Shown here one piece after another: positions 1-11,722 of a DNA stretch of 33,209 bases. Positions within the stretch are counted from its first letter, which is position 1; every line of letters starts with the position of its first letter. Below the pieces are notes generated by a model. The model had not been told where the DNA came from, searched no databases, and was given only the letters and a program-made list of their open reading frames with translations. This DNA comes from Perkinsus chesapeaki ATCC PRA-425 (Eukaryota > Protista > Perkinsozoa). The stretch spans positions 1-33,209 of the forward strand of contig JAAPAO010000398.1 in NCBI GenBank assembly GCA_013115145.1, written 5' to 3'. A program made the translations under genes and the position numbers.

Positions 1-152
1 AAGTAATTTTGGGGCGAGCGAGGTATTTTTGGGGCGCCGGTAGCATTTTCCGGTGCCCAGTAAGCTTATGGCGTTCACGTCTCGTAACGAGACTCTCTTT
101 GAACTCATCCTCAATTTTGAATTTCAGAATTGGTTTACTGAACAAGCCGGAA

Positions 153-2076
153 ATGTCTATTCTCGAGCCGGTTGACGTAGTGATGGTTGGTACTGGTGAA
201 TACACCACCGGCTACGTGTGTGGTCAAGCCTCTAGAAGCGACAAAACAAAGGGGGTTGTCGGCCTTGTTATGTTCGACCTTCGTCGACTAGGAAAAGTCG
301 CATCTATCGGATGTGTCGGCACTAATGGTACCAAATTCCCCCTCATCCGTGAGCTGTTTGATCGCAACATTTCTAAAGCTTACAACGACGTAGACGTACA
401 GATGAAGACTTGGCCGGCCGATGTTGTCGAGAGGGACCCGGAGGCCTACAAGACGGCAATCGATTCCCTTCCCCGAGGCGGAGCAATAACAGTTTTCACA
501 CCCGATGCCACCCACTACGAAATTGCAATGTACGCGATAGAAAGGGGCATTCATGTGATGGTGACGAAACCGATGGTCATGACAGTTGAGGCTCATGAAA
601 GAATTATTAACGCTGCGAGAAAGCACGGAGTTTATGTCCAAGTGGAGGTCCACAAAAGATACGATCCGGTGTACGCAGACGCACGGGAAAAGATCCGGTA
701 CATAGAGAATTTTGGGGCCTTTCAACACTGGGATTCGGTGATGACCCAACCGAGAGACCAGCTGCACACGTTTAAGGCCTGGGCGGGGAGGAGCTCGGAT
801 ATCAGTTATTATTTAAACAGTCATCATGTCGATTATCATTGTTGGATATTAGATGGTAGGTTGAAGCGCGCAAGATACAAAGGAGGTCAGATTGTGGATA
901 TCTTTCAGGGTTAGCTGATCCAATTAGAGTGATGGCGGTTGGGTCTACTGGTGTGGCGAGTTCTGAGGAGTTTGGTTGCCCTGAGGGGACTGAGGATACC
1001 ATTACTATCATAGCCGAGTGGAAGAATCGTTGCGACGGCTCCATAGGTAGGAAAGTCACAGCTAAAATAGTGTTTACAAATTGTTACTGAGGAACCAGTA
1101 CCAGCTCGCCACGACGTAGACGCTTTCATTTGGCGAGAAGTTGTTTGGCACCGTTAGTAGTACTGAGGGCGGCTCTATTCAGGCACAGCGGTGTATATGG
1201 CTTCATGGGCTCATCCGGACAACTCAGAGGTTCACACTCAACAGAGGTTTATGTGCCTTGGCCACAAGGGGGAGATAAGAGCGGACCAGGCTCATAGAGG
1301 GTACTCAGTGACACAGAATAATAAGTAAGATAGTTTTGATTGATAAGAGACTTGTGAGACGAATCTTACGAACACTCTTGCATTTCTTGATTGACCACCA
1401 GGATAGTGGTAATAGTATTATTAGCATACTTGGTATAATTAATAATCAGATAATAGTGTGCATCTTTGCGTCCGGCGCTCAACCTGCGCAGGATGAAGCC
1501 ATACTCCTGTACTGGTCTGCCTGACCGCAGGAGTGCTGCAACTCAATAATAAAATAGTATATAATTTCTAGTTGTATAGTACTATTACTAATGATACCGT
1601 GTATTTCTCCACGCACCAACATCACAACCCCTTCGTTGGTGCTCGTAGGCATTTGTAGGATCGGAAAACAGTACAAGTGTTTGTACGATTAAAGGATAAA
1701 GACCATTTTCAAATGAGATTCCCTGGAGGTTGGTCTCCTTGCTGCATGGAACTCCTTTAGATACGCCTCGGTGAACCCTCTCTATATGAAGTACACCCCC
1801 GGTTTGGATGGCGAGTTTTCGGGCCAAAATGGTTACGGTTATCGATCGATTGAAACCTTTATCGATGCCTGTCGTCTCATCAATGCTGGCAAAGCTAAGC
1901 CGGAGGATTTCGACAAGCGTCTGCCAACTGCGGCGAGCACGCTCACCAGTACGGCGATTTTGGAGGCAGGTCGCCGAAGCCTGGATACCGGCGGGAAGTG
2001 GATCAGCATTCCTGATTTGATAGCTGGGAAGATTCCAGGAAAGATTAAATTCGCGAGAGAGGGACAGATTGTGTGA
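153..2076 (+). CDS. Gfo/Idh/MocA-family NAD(P)-dependent oxidoreductase, 4 exons (153-855, 909-1046, 1183-1324, 1761-2076)
   Basis: Rossmann start VVMVGTGEYTTG, followed by HVMVTKPM, EVHKRYDP, YYLNSHHVD, TEDTIT, DQAHRGYS and NPLYMKYTPG...GYGYRSIETF. GT-AG introns keep the frame. Confidence 0.88.
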
Positions 2077-2738
2077 GTTGTCGTGTCGTACGTTTTTTTG
2101 GAATAAGTTGTTTCCTGACGTTTGTCCCGTCTGTGAGTTTCGTTACAGGGTAATGCTTGTAGACATAGAAGAACACTTAATGTTCCGGGAATGAGCAATT
2201 GCTCTCACCTCTCAGGAACAATCTTCGACATTCGACGAACACATATCCTCGAGACTGTATCAGCGGGGTTCATTTTGCATCGTCAAGATATCTCTCGTAT
2301 TAATGGAAATTTGGCCTCTACATTGGAATCATCACCAATCCAGCTTCGTTTACAGCAGTTTCTATACCTTATCAATCTAGTCAACATCGGTATAAGTGCT
2401 AGCAACTTGCCTTCCTTGAAAGTCATCCTCGCCTTCAGTAATCTTTATTATCAATGCCTCGCAACAACTTTGGTAAGAGCCGTGGATCCCCTAGTCGTCG
2501 TGGCGGCGGAGGCGGCAACAACGCAGTCCAGCAACATTATTATCATGAAGTAACAGTTACTGATAAAGTCAGTCCTCCGACCAAAGGTGTGCTTGGGTGG
2601 ATGATGCCGGGGGGAAAGAGCTAGCTTCGAGCGCTAGGTGAAAAGTTAAAGTAGTGTAATGTGCCTGGGTGATGAGCGTGCGTGGTGGTGGTTCAACCTG
2701 GAGCAATCTCAGCTGCTAAAAATTATTGGTGCGGGGAG

Positions 2739-3607
2739 TTAATGGTTATCTGTGGAATCTTTAGTGAGGAGGATATACATATCACAAATTTGTACGGGGG
2801 GCCGAAGCATATAGTGTGTGCCTCGTTGTGAAACTGGTTCGCATTTTGCTGGTGATTCCGGTTGTGCAATCTGTCCCCTTTTAAGGTAACCGTTATGCTC
2901 CTCAAGCTGCTCCAACTGGAGGTAATAGAGCACTTGATGAATATATCGTTCAATAGTACATCACCAGGCACAGCTGATATACATCAAGTTTACGACCCAG
3001 AGCATATCATTGTAGGAGCTAGTCACAGCAAGACAGCACAGATGTTGGTTGACAGGGTAATAATTGTGGGACAGCGAGGCGAAGGCGGTATCCTACCACA
3101 CCTATCAAACTCAGTTCGGTTAGAAATATACGGAGTCATTCGCCGTTGCGTGGCGCATTTGCGCTACACCTCCGATGGCGGTTTGGCGACGAGAATATCG
3201 AAACGTGGCTGGCTCTGTGGTGCTGTTAGTTATCAGTTTATCCTTAAGACTGAGAAATCGTAACAAATATCCATATCCTGAAAACTCTCTCGCCTCTTCA
3301 AAGATTCTCACAGGCAAACCAGCATTCCCTTGATCAAAAGGGATTCTCATAATTCCCTCCCAGCGTCCTCAGTCCCGTTGAATTGATCGATTCCGGCTTG
3401 CGGGATTCGTTCTCGGTACCAATCAGGATCCAGTCCTACACGAAATTGTCGTTGATGCCATTCGTTATGCTGCGGAGCAATTTCATCGCCCTGGAGGAGC
3501 GGCTGGTAGGGGAGCCAGAAGTGAAGTTGGTGGATTGGATGATGAAGGTAATAGGGGACAGTGGGTTGTGTGCGACGGCAACTGTGGAGTGTTGGGATGC
3601 CCGACAC
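2739..3607 (-). CDS. Possible spliced hypothetical gene, exon structure unresolved
   Basis: Chain of same-strand 64-86 aa ORF pieces. No recognisable motif, and I could not build a consistent splice path. Confidence 0.22.
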
Positions 3608-4006
3608 TAATGTGACGAGAGATATTAGATAAAATATGAGTTATGAGGGATAATAATGAACTACTGATGATTGTGTGAAAAGTGTGGTTTAAACCGTGAG
3701 CGAGGCTCCTCGCGGGCGAGGGCTGCTGCTCCCCACGGCGCACGCACGCGTCACCACCACCTCAGCGAAATGAATCAGTGGAGCGCTGCGCCTGTGCTAC
3801 GGGGCGTAACTCCTAAACTGCTACGCAAACTCTCTAGAATAACTTCATCACTTCCTCAGGGCTAGCAGGGTATTTGGAGTTCTCAAGATTGGTTTGTCAT
3901 TACCTTCATAATCTAGCTCTGAAGAGTGATCCATTCCACAAGGCTCTCCTGTCTACCTCAACTGTGGTTGTCGGCAATATGGGCTTCTGCGGCAATATAC
4001 CGTGCT

Positions 4007-4889
4007 TCAGGTGAGTATCTTAGCTCGAAGCGTGCTTTTCGGATTTCGAGTGATTGGTGAAAGAATATTTGTAGTACGGAGAGCAGGGAATACATCACTA
4101 GTGAATCCTGAGATATCCGTGAGAGACTTTTCCCGGTGTTGGTGAGGAAATTTTTGCAAAAATTTTCCGAAAATTCGGTAAACTTTTCTACGCTCTGTGC
4201 GCTTTGTATTTTTGAGGCATGAGTGAGCAGATGGACGCCGCCCAGCTGATGAGCTGACGGCATTCTGCATCAAAATGTACAGTGCCATCGTGCCATCGCT
4301 GGATAGAAGGATTGAAACTGAATAGCTCATGTTAAAACGCTGATGGAGATGAAGCTCTTGTTCCGTCATGTTGCTCACCAAGCCGGAGCAGAACTGGGCG
4401 CGTGTCTTACAGGTATAAGTTGAGACTAGTTCTCCCCGAGCATTATGCCAGTCCATACAGCTATCGCACTAAAGATGCCACTTACAGTTGGTGCAATGTC
4501 TTCTTCTTGGAGCCACTGGAGGAGGCCAGCGCCGGGAGAAATCATCGTTAGAAGGAAGGTGTTCGTGTCGAAACTGACATGAAATGTGTGTTTAACTCAT
4601 GGTGTCTGTTATGGTAGCAGTTGAGTCGCGTTTAGATATTATAAATACGGTCTCTGTGTAGTGGTGGCTGTAGAAGAAGCTGTGGTTAGTTATTAACTGT
4701 ATTATTACCAGCTTCGTTACAGTATTCGCCCTCAAGAGCATTTGGGGAGCCCATAACAGCAACTGTACGCTTTAAGTCGGCTAGCACTGTGTGCCAATCG
4801 ACAAGATTCGGCGAAGTCCTCCTCTTGTATATTTTCCTGTCCTCGGAGAGAGAGACGTGGAAGACAGTCATCGAATTGTTCTCTGTCAT
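4007..4889 (-). CDS. Possible spliced hypothetical gene, divergent from PP4, unresolved
   Basis: ATG at 4889 opens MTENNSMTVFHVSLSEDRK...EYCNEA, followed by a GT donor, and a 149-codon open frame lies downstream. The join is uncertain. Confidence 0.28.
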
Positions 4890-5222
4890 TGGTTATTTTA
4901 TTCAACATTGATAACTCCTTAACTGCTAGTGCTGCCCTATTGATGAGGGGAAAGGGTTGAGGCGCTCAAAAGTGGCTACGCTTTCTTCATCTACTGTTAT
5001 CTGAGTTGTGGAGGCCAATACGTGTATATATATTATTATGCTCTGTATATCATTCACACGATCACTGTATTATATATAGTATTAATATATAATTAATTAT
5101 TAATATACTGTATTTGATACTATTGCTCTATTGATATCCTATTTTAACTTTCCACAGAGCCCACCAAAAGTGATGGCTTATATATTTCAGTGTTTTACTG
5201 GTGTCCCTCTAACACCATTCCT

Positions 5223-8200
5223 ATGAACGTCGCTCAGTTAGATCAGCAGATAGCTCGGCTTAGGAAGTGCGAGACATTACCGGCGAATCAGGTTAAAGGT
5301 GGTATGGGGATGGAGGGCTCGAGGCTGCTTCGATAGAGTATCCCACACCGGGCTTTCGAACTGCGCATCGAGTCGATATAGCTCCGATCCGATCGTCTTG
5401 GGTGACATATGCTTACTATCGGATTGTGATCTATAGCCGCTGGTTCGGGGAGGAATGGTGGCGAGAGTATACTTGCTCAAACTCGTCGCGAGCAATATTA
5501 TTGTATAACCCCCGGAAGGGTGTTATCGGTGATAGGTGCAGGGTAGATTATCACAAGGCAAAAGCTTGAAGGAGTCTCTTGTCAAAAGTGTAATGATTAT
5601 TACACCTAGCAAGAGACAATAGAGATGTAGCGCAAGCTGGATTTAGGGGACAAGCGAGGCGATTAGGTTTATCTCGCGGGGAGGCGTGTGTGAAAGTGTA
5701 GACTTGGAATGTTACTTGAGTTTTCACTGGCGCTTGGAAATGTTGCCGATGGACCGGCAATAGTAAAGACCTGCTGACAGCGTTCCGTCAGAGCTATGCT
5801 CGCTGTGCCGTGATATCTTGATAGAGGAGGATAATATACAACGAGTTGAATCGCCAGTTGTTATTTGTGGAGATATCCATGGGCAGTTTTACGATCTTAT
5901 GGAGCTCTTCAAGGTACTACAGGAGGAAGCGGCCGCCGCGGCGACGGTGTCGTATTCTCACAGCTTGTCATTTTTGCTGTGATGATGAAATGGTGTAGGC
6001 GATGCTTTAATGGTGAATATACGTATATTTCTGATGGATAATTTATAATAGCTATGAAATGCCGAATTTCTTGTGGCGTATTTTTTATAAAAAGTTTTAT
6101 TGTTATTTGTATGTATACAGTTTAGTCCAACGCCGATCCGAATGCGGTATCGATTGAATAGAAGAATAAGATAGCATTGGATCGGACATTCCTAGGCTTT
6201 CGCAGAGCTACACGACTCATCTCAGCGTGATCCCTTACTTGTGGGAAGTTCAAGTATTCAAAAATGGGTGGTGGTAATATATATTAAATTTTTTGGGGAA
6301 ATTATTTCCATGAATTTCTCAATTTTCGGTGAGCATAGATATATCGCTTTTGAGCTTGAACGGATTCTTGTTGATTTGTGCGCCGCCGCTGCCCGGGTCG
6401 AGACACACGTTATCTAACTTTTCAGGTTGGTGGGGACTGCCCGGAGACAAACTATCTATTTCTGGGCGATTATGTGGATAGAGGCTTCTATTCGGTCGAG
6501 ACACTTCTACTGTTGATTGCTCTGAAAGTAAGTATAAGCTTGTGCAACGTGCGACGTGGCACTCGAAAATAGTGGTGAAGCTGCGGCGGCTTCTTGCGAG
6601 ATTTGTGAGGGTCTGGGCGTTGATTACTTATTGGACATGCATTTTTTCAAAATATTGTTGTTTATTGCATATTGATTTTGGTCCTCAGAACTCCTTGAAG
6701 CTTGAAATCGCAAAGTAGGGAACATCGTAGTGGCAGTTTAGGACTGTCGAAGTCGCGCTTAGCATAGACGTATCTACCTATCTTTGGCAAATTTCTTAAA
6801 TCTGTTGAGGGTCTGAGTAATAATAGGTGCATCGATCCTCTTATAGATGCGCATCTGTTGGTTATGACTAGTAGATTATTATAAGTATCAACACAATACT
6901 TCAGGAGATAGGATCTCGATTATACATCGAGTGAGTCAAACATGACGACTTTAGCCTAGCTTTAGCTACAGCACAGAATCATCTTTGCTGGGGCGCGATC
7001 CACGGCAACAGTTATACGTACGGCTGGATGCAGTGACATAGAATTATTGAAATCTCACACAGTTGTAACGTGTGACACATCACATTTTGAGAATGTGTCA
7101 TCAAATGGGAATTGAAAATAGTACACTCAATCGATCAACTATGACTAAGCATTGATATCTTGGCGAGCCAAGTTTTCAGCGCTCGTAGAAGTGAACTGGA
7201 CAGATGTGATGGATGCTGAAATTGTAGTGTTAGTTTTACTTTGAGAAGGTGCGCTTGGCTTCTCCTGCTGCTGTTGCTGCGGAGTTTCGATCAGCTTGGA
7301 GCTACCGCATTGGTAATGTTGATAGTTGTAATGAGAAGATGGTCATTAGTGTTAAATGCATTACCAGTCATATAGAGAGAGGGAGTCGGTGGGCACCTGT
7401 AACTTGTTCGAGAATAGTAGTAGACAAATAAATGAAGCTTTAATGTCTTGTAGATAGACTTTAGAATAGAGCTTGCTTGAGGCAGCAGCAGCAGCAGCAT
7501 CGCTGAAATGGTGAGTGTTATTTTGTCAGGTAAGGTATCCCGACCGAATAACATTGATACGAGGAAATCACGAGTCGAGACAGATTACGCAAGTGTATGG
7601 TTTCTACGACGAGTGTGTCCGCAAATTCGGGAACGTAAGATCGCCTAATCACTGGCAGGTCGTTGAGCGTTTCACAGGTTAATGTTTGGAGGTGCTGCAC
7701 GGATTTGTTCGACTACATGGCCCTGAGCGCGATTATCGACAATAAGGTTTTCGCAGTCCATGGAGGACTGAGCCCTGCTTTGTGAGCTGATAGAGGGGTT
7801 TGTGGTGAGCTATAGTGAGTGGCAGGCATACGATGGATGAGATTAGATTGATTGATAGAAAACAGGAGGTTCCGCATGAAGGGCCGATGTCGGATATCAT
7901 GTGGTAAGCTACAGGCTTACCGTTTACCGACTAGCATGTCAGTGTATCTTAGGTCGGATCCAGATGACATCAGTGGATGGGCCGAATCTCCTCGTGGAGC
8001 TGGATGGTTGTTTGGCGGAGATGTTGTGAAGTAAGTCTAAGATGCTAGTGTCTAGAGTGAGAATCTCTTGTTTACATCGATGCTTATATTCGCAGTCTTC
8101 GTGGTTTACTCTATCTCCGCTTGCTAAGAGAGTGTTCGCTAGCAGGCCTTTTCCAACGGTCTGCAGCTTGTGTTAGGCAACACGTGGAAGCGGAACACTT

Positions 8201-8901
8201 GTCGATGATGATAGACTGGCAACGTTATTAATAAATTTTCTTCAGAGGCGCTTGTTCCATCTTGTAGGGTATGTACCGCATGGCAGCTTCGGGTCGGGTG
8301 AACTCGGCAAGAATGTCGTCCTTTCCCTGAGTCTTAGTGCCCCTGGTAACGGTGTGGCAGAGGTGGCCCTTCTCACTCCCTCGCACCGGCACCTTGCAAG
8401 GCACTGAGGACAAGGGGGAGAATAAAAGGAAAACAATTACATGCGAAATACGCTGCTCTCCCCGAAAGTGTTGTCATTCCTTGTTTACTGCCACCTGGCT
8501 TTAACCGAAACTACAAATACGTTGATGCGCTTCATAGACGTCATTTATGATTCAGGCAATGGAATCATTCCAATTCGATAACGCTCATCGCCAGAGCACA
8601 TCAGCTTGTTATGGAAGGCTATAAGATGATGTTTGATGATCAGCTTTGCACTGTGTGGAGTGCACCTAACTATTGTTATAGGTGAGTGGCACACCGCCGC
8701 TCCACTGGGGTTCTGGATTCGGTCCCGAAATCTGGTTTTTATCACCTTGGAAGTTGGTATCTTTTTTTCAGGTGTGGTAATATTGCCAGCGTGCTGTGTC
8801 TCGACGAGCAGTTGAATATGGATTTCCGAACCTTCCATGCAGCTCCGGCGGAGGAGAGGGCCCTCCCCGCCAGGAAGCCGATGCCCGATTATTTTCTGTA
8901 A
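5223..8901 (+). CDS. PPP4C: Ser/Thr protein phosphatase 4 catalytic subunit, 9 exons (5223-5298, 5792-5913, 6426-6527, 7530-7634, 7678-7781, 7826-7903, 7953-8030, 8556-8681, 8772-8901), 306 aa
   Basis: PPP motifs GDIHGQ, GDYVDRG, RGNHE, HGGLSP, WSDP, RAHQ and [12 protein letters not shown] are present. The C-terminus RKPMPDYFL and the VQRV(E)SP region fit PP4 better than PP2A or PP6. Exons sum to 921 nt in frame. Confidence 0.93.
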
Positions 8902-9547
8902 CTGTTCCTACGTCCCAAATGTGAACAACTTGAGTTGCGTTGATGACGTCATGAGAGCTGCTGCGGACAGTCCGAACTCGGAAGGACATAAGATGCATTA
9001 CGTTAGATGATGACAACGCGGCCACTGTGAAAAAATTTCAAAACAGTTTGCGTGGAAAACTTTTTGAGCAGCTAGGATGGATGCCCTATGTGTCGCATAC
9101 GGTAGCGTTAAAAGCAATTGTAGAGGTGTCTGAGGGCCTCTTATACAACTTAATAAATGTCGAGAAACTTCAAAATCACCTTTCATTAAAGTGATGACAA
9201 TAGTATGAAATTGACAGTTGAAAAGGTCCTTGCAAAGCCTTCCAAGCAGATCGCGATGAAAGTTTATATCAAATCTTTATCCGTCATAGATTATAGCGGT
9301 TTTCAAAGTGACCAGATTAGCATTAGCAGGGGAAATATGGATTATATTTTTGATAGTCCAAGGGAAACGTGGTGAAAATAAAACCATCACGCAATTTGGA
9401 ACAGGATAACAGCAGTCAACAGATGGCGTTACTAGCGCACTGTATAGGGGACACTTAAGGCACGACACAACTGAACTACATGAAGCGGAGAGGTGAAGAG
9501 AGGCTAAAACAGGGACAATCCGAAGGTATACAACTTGAACAATGAAA

Positions 9548-9558
9548 GCATTCCGAAA
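9548..9558 (+). repeat. Left copy of an 11 bp direct repeat (putative target-site duplication), GCATTCCGAAA
   Basis: 10/11 match to 13049-13059. Each copy lies 1 nt outside the end of an inverted arm. Confidence 0.7.
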
Positions 9559-9650
9559 TACTTTAATAACAAAACAGAGCTAGTACTGAGATACACATTA
9601 ATATTATTATTTAAATCATTATTATCAAAAATATGGGTCAATATATTGAC

Positions 9651-10058
9651 TTAGCAATAATAGGGTTCACCCTCACACTCATCATCAGTTGGGGCGAAAC
9701 AAAGACTTCCATCATCCTTCTTAATAATACCAAAACAGACCTGAGGATCCTGCCAGGTCTTGCAGTAAGAACCCCACTTGGAGTCACGACACTGAGGCAT
9801 GCCATTGCAGATATCTTGACAACTAGGTTGGGGCTCGGGACAGGCAACCGGCTCGAGAGTGTAGTCATCACAGGTATCCTGCTCAGTGGGTTGGAAGCAA
9901 TAACCATCATCTTGGTGATAAAGACCAAAGCAGACTCCATTACCCTTACAATAAGAACCATACTTAGAATCAGCACAGGCCGAGTGACTGTCACAAATAT
10001 CCTGACAATACTCGGCAACGGCAACAGTGAAGGCAACAGCAGCGATGGTGAACTTCAT
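9651..10058 (-). CDS. Secreted cysteine-rich protein, copy 1 (135 aa, two 8-Cys domains), intronless
   Basis: Signal peptide MKFTIAAVAFTVAVA, then a tandem domain C-x3-C-x5-C-xDSK(Y/W)GSYCK...VCFG...DDG..CF.PT...C...P..C. Polypyrimidine tract plus CAG acceptor lies just upstream. Confidence 0.9.
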   Translation of the reverse strand: MKFTIAAVAFTVAVAEYCQDICDSHSACADSKYGSYCKGNGVCFGLYHQDDGYCFQPTEQDTCDDYTLEPVACPEPQPSCQDICNGMPQCRDSKWGSYCKTWQDPQVCFGIIKKDDGSLCFAPTDDECEGEPYYC

Positions 10059-10191
10059 GGAGAAGAGATAATTAATCAACTGAGAAACAGGAAATAAGCG
10101 TACGGAAGTTTTCCACCAAGGAAGATGGTCATATATAATTGATAAATGTTACTATAGCTGAAGTACCAGAAGTGAAGCACCTTTTGAACTA

Positions 10192-10215
10192 CATGCACGC
10201 ATGCACAGCATGCAC
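10192..10215 (-). promoter_or_regulatory. Three tandem GTGCATG motifs upstream of Cys-rich gene copy 1
   Basis: CATGCAC occurs at 10192, 10200 and 10209 on the + strand and mirrors 12392-12415. Confidence 0.4.
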
Positions 10216-11107
10216 CTCTTGTGTCGAAAGGCTTGTGAATTCTTCGCGTTGCGAAACGTAACCGATTGACAGATCTTTGATGCTATTCTAGAAGGACCGC
10301 TGTAAATTGGCCTCGGAAATGTAGGTGGAGTATTCAGCTCCAGCTTTTAAGTGACGCCGATCTGACAAGATAATACTTATACCGGAGAAAGTATCGAGGG
10401 AATAAGCAGCCGATACTCCTCAGTTTAGAGTCAGAACTGGGTCCCATTGTAATGTGAGAGCCGTTTAATATATATTCTGATAACACTTTCTCGTTTATCT
10501 TCGAGCTCTTTTGCCAACAACCGGGGGATGTATTAAATCTATCTGATAAGAATATTGTAGTCGCTCACCGTTCCAATATGAACGGGAATCCGACAGAGGC
10601 CGAACCAAGACATTACCTCAGACATCACCGGGCCTCAAGCCCTGCTTCAGTGCATTAAGAAGCTGTACATCTTCGATTCCATTTCAACCTCGTTAACATC
10701 GTGAATCAGTCACTTGGACCAAGTGCTTATGGTACGCCCACCACTATTTCAGTTTTGTGTATCACGTACACGTGTATAACTGGATGATCCAGTCTGGACC
10801 AGCCTAGCCGATTAGCCGTTGTACCGGTGTGACTTTAGTAACGCAACTCCGAAATCGGGGAAACGAAGGTTTGAATAATGGCTAACTCGATATGGGCCAG
10901 AATCACTATGAGCGTAACAGACAACTCGCCGCCACAAATTTAGACTCTCATTTTGAGAGGAATGTTGAGAAGCCGAGCTTCGTTGAATAATTTCGATCCG
11001 CGCTCCAGGGAAAGGATGGAGATCATCCCCATCTTATTGGTATTGTCTCGACGATATATGATAAGAGTTGTAGTATTAACAATGTCTTTCGCAACAACAA
11101 CCACGAA

Positions 11108-11722
11108 CTAAGCGGAAGTTGTGTTGAAGGCGCATACTCCAGCGATGCCAGTATTGAAGCATATAGCCCCTTCCTGACAGTCTGTGTTCTGAAAAAGAAA
11201 ATGGTAAAAGTGCAAATGAGATAAAGAGACTCGCCCTCACCTTATCACAGAGAATGACGCATAAACCTGGTGGATTGCTGCATCTTGGCTTGTTCTTAGC
11301 CGGACCGTTCGGACAGGGCCCCTCCAGACAACTCGGCGTGCAAAAAGATATCCTGTGGTCCTGAGTCAACCGATCTTCTGGTTCCCGACAAGAAGTACTT
11401 ACCTTGTAGAAATGTGCTGGGTACTGTTTAATCCCTCCGATGGCCGGGCAGACATCTTTGGAGCCGATCTCCCCGTAAACTGAGATAATGCAATGCCCCG
11501 GCTCGAGACTCCTGAGCTCCAACAGAGACTTACATTCCGATCCACGAAGTTTGTTCGGGATATTCTCAGCCGATGATATAGCACTAAAGAATCCCCTGAA
11601 ACGCTTCGTGTGTTCACACAAGGATGAAACCTCTACATGGATTCAGACTCGTAAGGGTGATTTGAGTCAGCCATAACAGTGCCGATCATGTAGACTAGGG
11701 AGTAAATCCCGATGAGAAGCAT
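11108..11722 (-). CDS. Secreted cysteine-rich protein of a different family, 5 exons, about 140 aa
   Basis: Spliced product MLLIGIYSLVYMIGTVMADS...FCTPSCLEGPCPNGPAKNKPRCSNPPGLCVILCDK|NTDCQEGAICFNTGIAGVCAFNTTSA*. Four short GT-AG introns keep the frame. Confidence 0.78.

Larger units (their letters stand above)
9560..10263 (-). repeat. Left arm of a 704 bp inverted repeat
   Basis: Reverse complement of 12344-13047 with 10 substitutions and no indels (manual alignment). Confidence 0.97.

Noticed and set aside
9-152. N-terminal extension of ORF 9..914
   Set aside because: It starts at a non-ATG codon in promoter-like sequence. Family homology begins at ATG 153, and the ORF end reads through an intron.
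5979-6034. C/D box snoRNA candidate (GTGATGA...CTGA) in PP4 intron 2
   Set aside because: No terminal stem or evident guide, and such boxes are common by chance.
7482-7500. (CAG)n microsatellite, and AT-rich tracts such as 5020-5150
   Set aside because: Ordinary low-complexity intronic or intergenic sequence.
9633-10097. ORFs 9633..10097, 9638..10036, 12510..12791 and 12571..12969
   Set aside because: Antisense or alternate-frame shadows of the Cys-rich CDS.
11281-11290. CATCTTGGCT, a partial match to the Perkinsus spliced leader as recalled
   Set aside because: Only 10 nt, antisense to an exon, and not upstream of a gene. No SL relic or SL RNA gene was seen.
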